The translations under genes and the position numbers were made by a program. A model generated the notes under the pieces. That model was not told the origin of the DNA, ran no database searches, and worked only from the letters and a program-made list of their open reading frames with translations. This document shows positions 31,118-32,000 of a stretch of 32,000 nucleotides of DNA, one piece after another; the first letter of the stretch is position 1; every line of letters starts with the position of its first letter. The stretch is from Methylorubrum extorquens (GTDB lineage Bacteria; Pseudomonadota; Alphaproteobacteria; Rhizobiales; Beijerinckiaceae). The stretch is taken from positions 1,440,001-1,472,000 of the forward strand of contig LT962688.1 in the NCBI GenBank assembly GCA_900234795.1. Direction: 5' to 3'.

Positions 31118-32000
31118 CTACACCGCGATGCCGTGCAGATCGTAGGCGTCGGCCCGCTCGATCTTCACGGTGACGATGTCGCCGGGCCGTACGGGACGGC
31201 GCGACGTGACGTGGACGCTGCCGTCGATCTCCGGCGCGTCGGCCTTGGAGCGGCCCCGCGCGCCGGTCGGGCCCGCCTCGTCGATGATGACAGACAGGCG
31301 CTTGCCCACCTTCGCCCGTTGCAAGCGCAGCGAGACGTGGCTCTGCGCCTCCATGAAGCGGCGCTTGCGCTCGGCCTTCACCTCCGGCGGCACCAGCAGG
31401 CCGAGGTCGTTGGCGGTGGCGCCGCGGACCGGCTCGTATTCGAAGCAGCCGACACGCTCGAGCCGCGCCTCGCGAATCCAGTCGAGCAGTTCCTCGAACT
31501 CGGCATCGGTCTCGCCGGGGAAGCCGACGATGAAGGTCGAGCGGATGGCGAGATCCGGGCAGATCTCGCGCCAGCGCCGGATGCGGTCCAGCTGCTTCTC
31601 CTGGTTGCCCGGCCGGCGCATGCGCTTGAGCACCGAGGGGCTGGCGTGCTGGAGCGGCATGTCGAGATAGGGAAGGATCTTGCCCTCGGCCATCAGCGGA
31701 ATGACCTCGTCGACATGCGGGTAGGGGTAGACGTAGTGCAGCCGCACCCACGCCCCGAGCTCGCCGAGTTCCTTGGCCAGATCGTAGAACCGGGCGCGCA
31801 CCTCCCGGTCCTGCCACGGGCTCGTGGCGTAGCGGGTGTCGATGCCGTAGGCGGAGGTGTCCTGCGAGACGACCAGCAATTCCTTCACGCCGGCTTTGAC
31901 GAGCTTTTCCGCCTCGCGCAGCACGTCGCCCGCCGGGCGGCTGACGAGATCGCCGCGCAAGCTCGGGATGATGCAGAAGGTGCAGCGGTTGTTGCAGCCC
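31118..32000 (-). CDS. rimO: ribosomal protein S12 methylthiotransferase RimO (N-terminus outside the window)
   Basis: The frame stays open to base 32000. The radical-SAM CxxxCxxC motif ([16 protein letters not shown]) sits at the window edge. It is followed by ...VSQDTSAYG... and a C-terminal TRAM domain ([31 protein letters not shown]). Confidence 0.92.
   Translation of the reverse strand, partial: GCNNRCTFCIIPSLRGDLVSRPAGDVLREAEKLVKAGVKELLVVSQDTSAYGIDTRYATSPWQDREVRARFYDLAKELGELGAWVRLHYVYPYPHVDEVIPLMAEGKILPYLDMPLQHASPSVLKRMRRPGNQEKQLDRIRRWREICPDLAIRSTFIVGFPGETDAEFEELLDWIREARLERVGCFEYEPVRGATANDLGLLVPPEVKAERKRRFMEAQSHVSLRLQRAKVGKRLSVIIDEAGPTGARGRSKADAPEIDGSVHVTSRRPVRPGDIVTVKIERADAYDLHGIAV

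Noticed and set aside
1-32000. CRISPR arrays, tRNA/rRNA genes, IS elements or integrases
   Set aside because: I saw no regularly spaced repeat-spacer structure, cloverleaf candidates, rRNA-like conserved blocks, transposase or recombinase motifs, or terminal inverted repeats flanking an ORF.

Overview
High-GC (about 70 %) alphaproteobacterial chromosomal segment. Gene content and synteny suggest Hyphomicrobiales, possibly Methylobacteriaceae, but that is inference only. The core backbone is alr'-radA, cvpA-purF-SDR-DHFR-like, ubiE-ubiB-coaBC, hspQ-mcl, mazG and rimO'. Accessory genes are interspersed: a SCO1 + Tat-exported MBL-fold operon, a FemAB-like transferase, an agmatinase-family ureohydrolase, an HD-GYP phosphodiesterase, an RND/MFP efflux pair and a membrane GGDEF cyclase. 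I saw no rRNA, tRNA, CRISPR array, transposase or integrase. The most unusual region is a ~4.6-kb plasmid-like islet (about 24.35-29.05 kb) between mcl and mazG. It holds a secreted patatin-like lipase, a coiled-coil/HARE-HTH-like protein and a RepA-type initiator. Seven iterons in 22-nt phase plus an AT-rich tract lie upstream of repA, and a second GGAAT-rich repeat array lies downstream. This looks like an integrated mini-replicon without any integration, partition or transfer genes in view. Other points worth a look are a strong orphan minus-strand intrinsic terminator with an adjacent hairpin between cvpA and purF (candidate sRNA), and three families of long palindromic intergenic elements. 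Quality caveat: at least six, probably seven, homopolymer-associated frameshifts interrupt conserved genes (SCO1, MBL, coaBC x2, mcl x2, perhaps a small ORF). These are more likely assembly errors than pseudogenes. I cannot point to a clear multi-gene defence-type or otherwise novel system; the repA/iteron/HTH module is the best candidate. Long antisense ORFs in the track are GC-driven shadows and were ignored.
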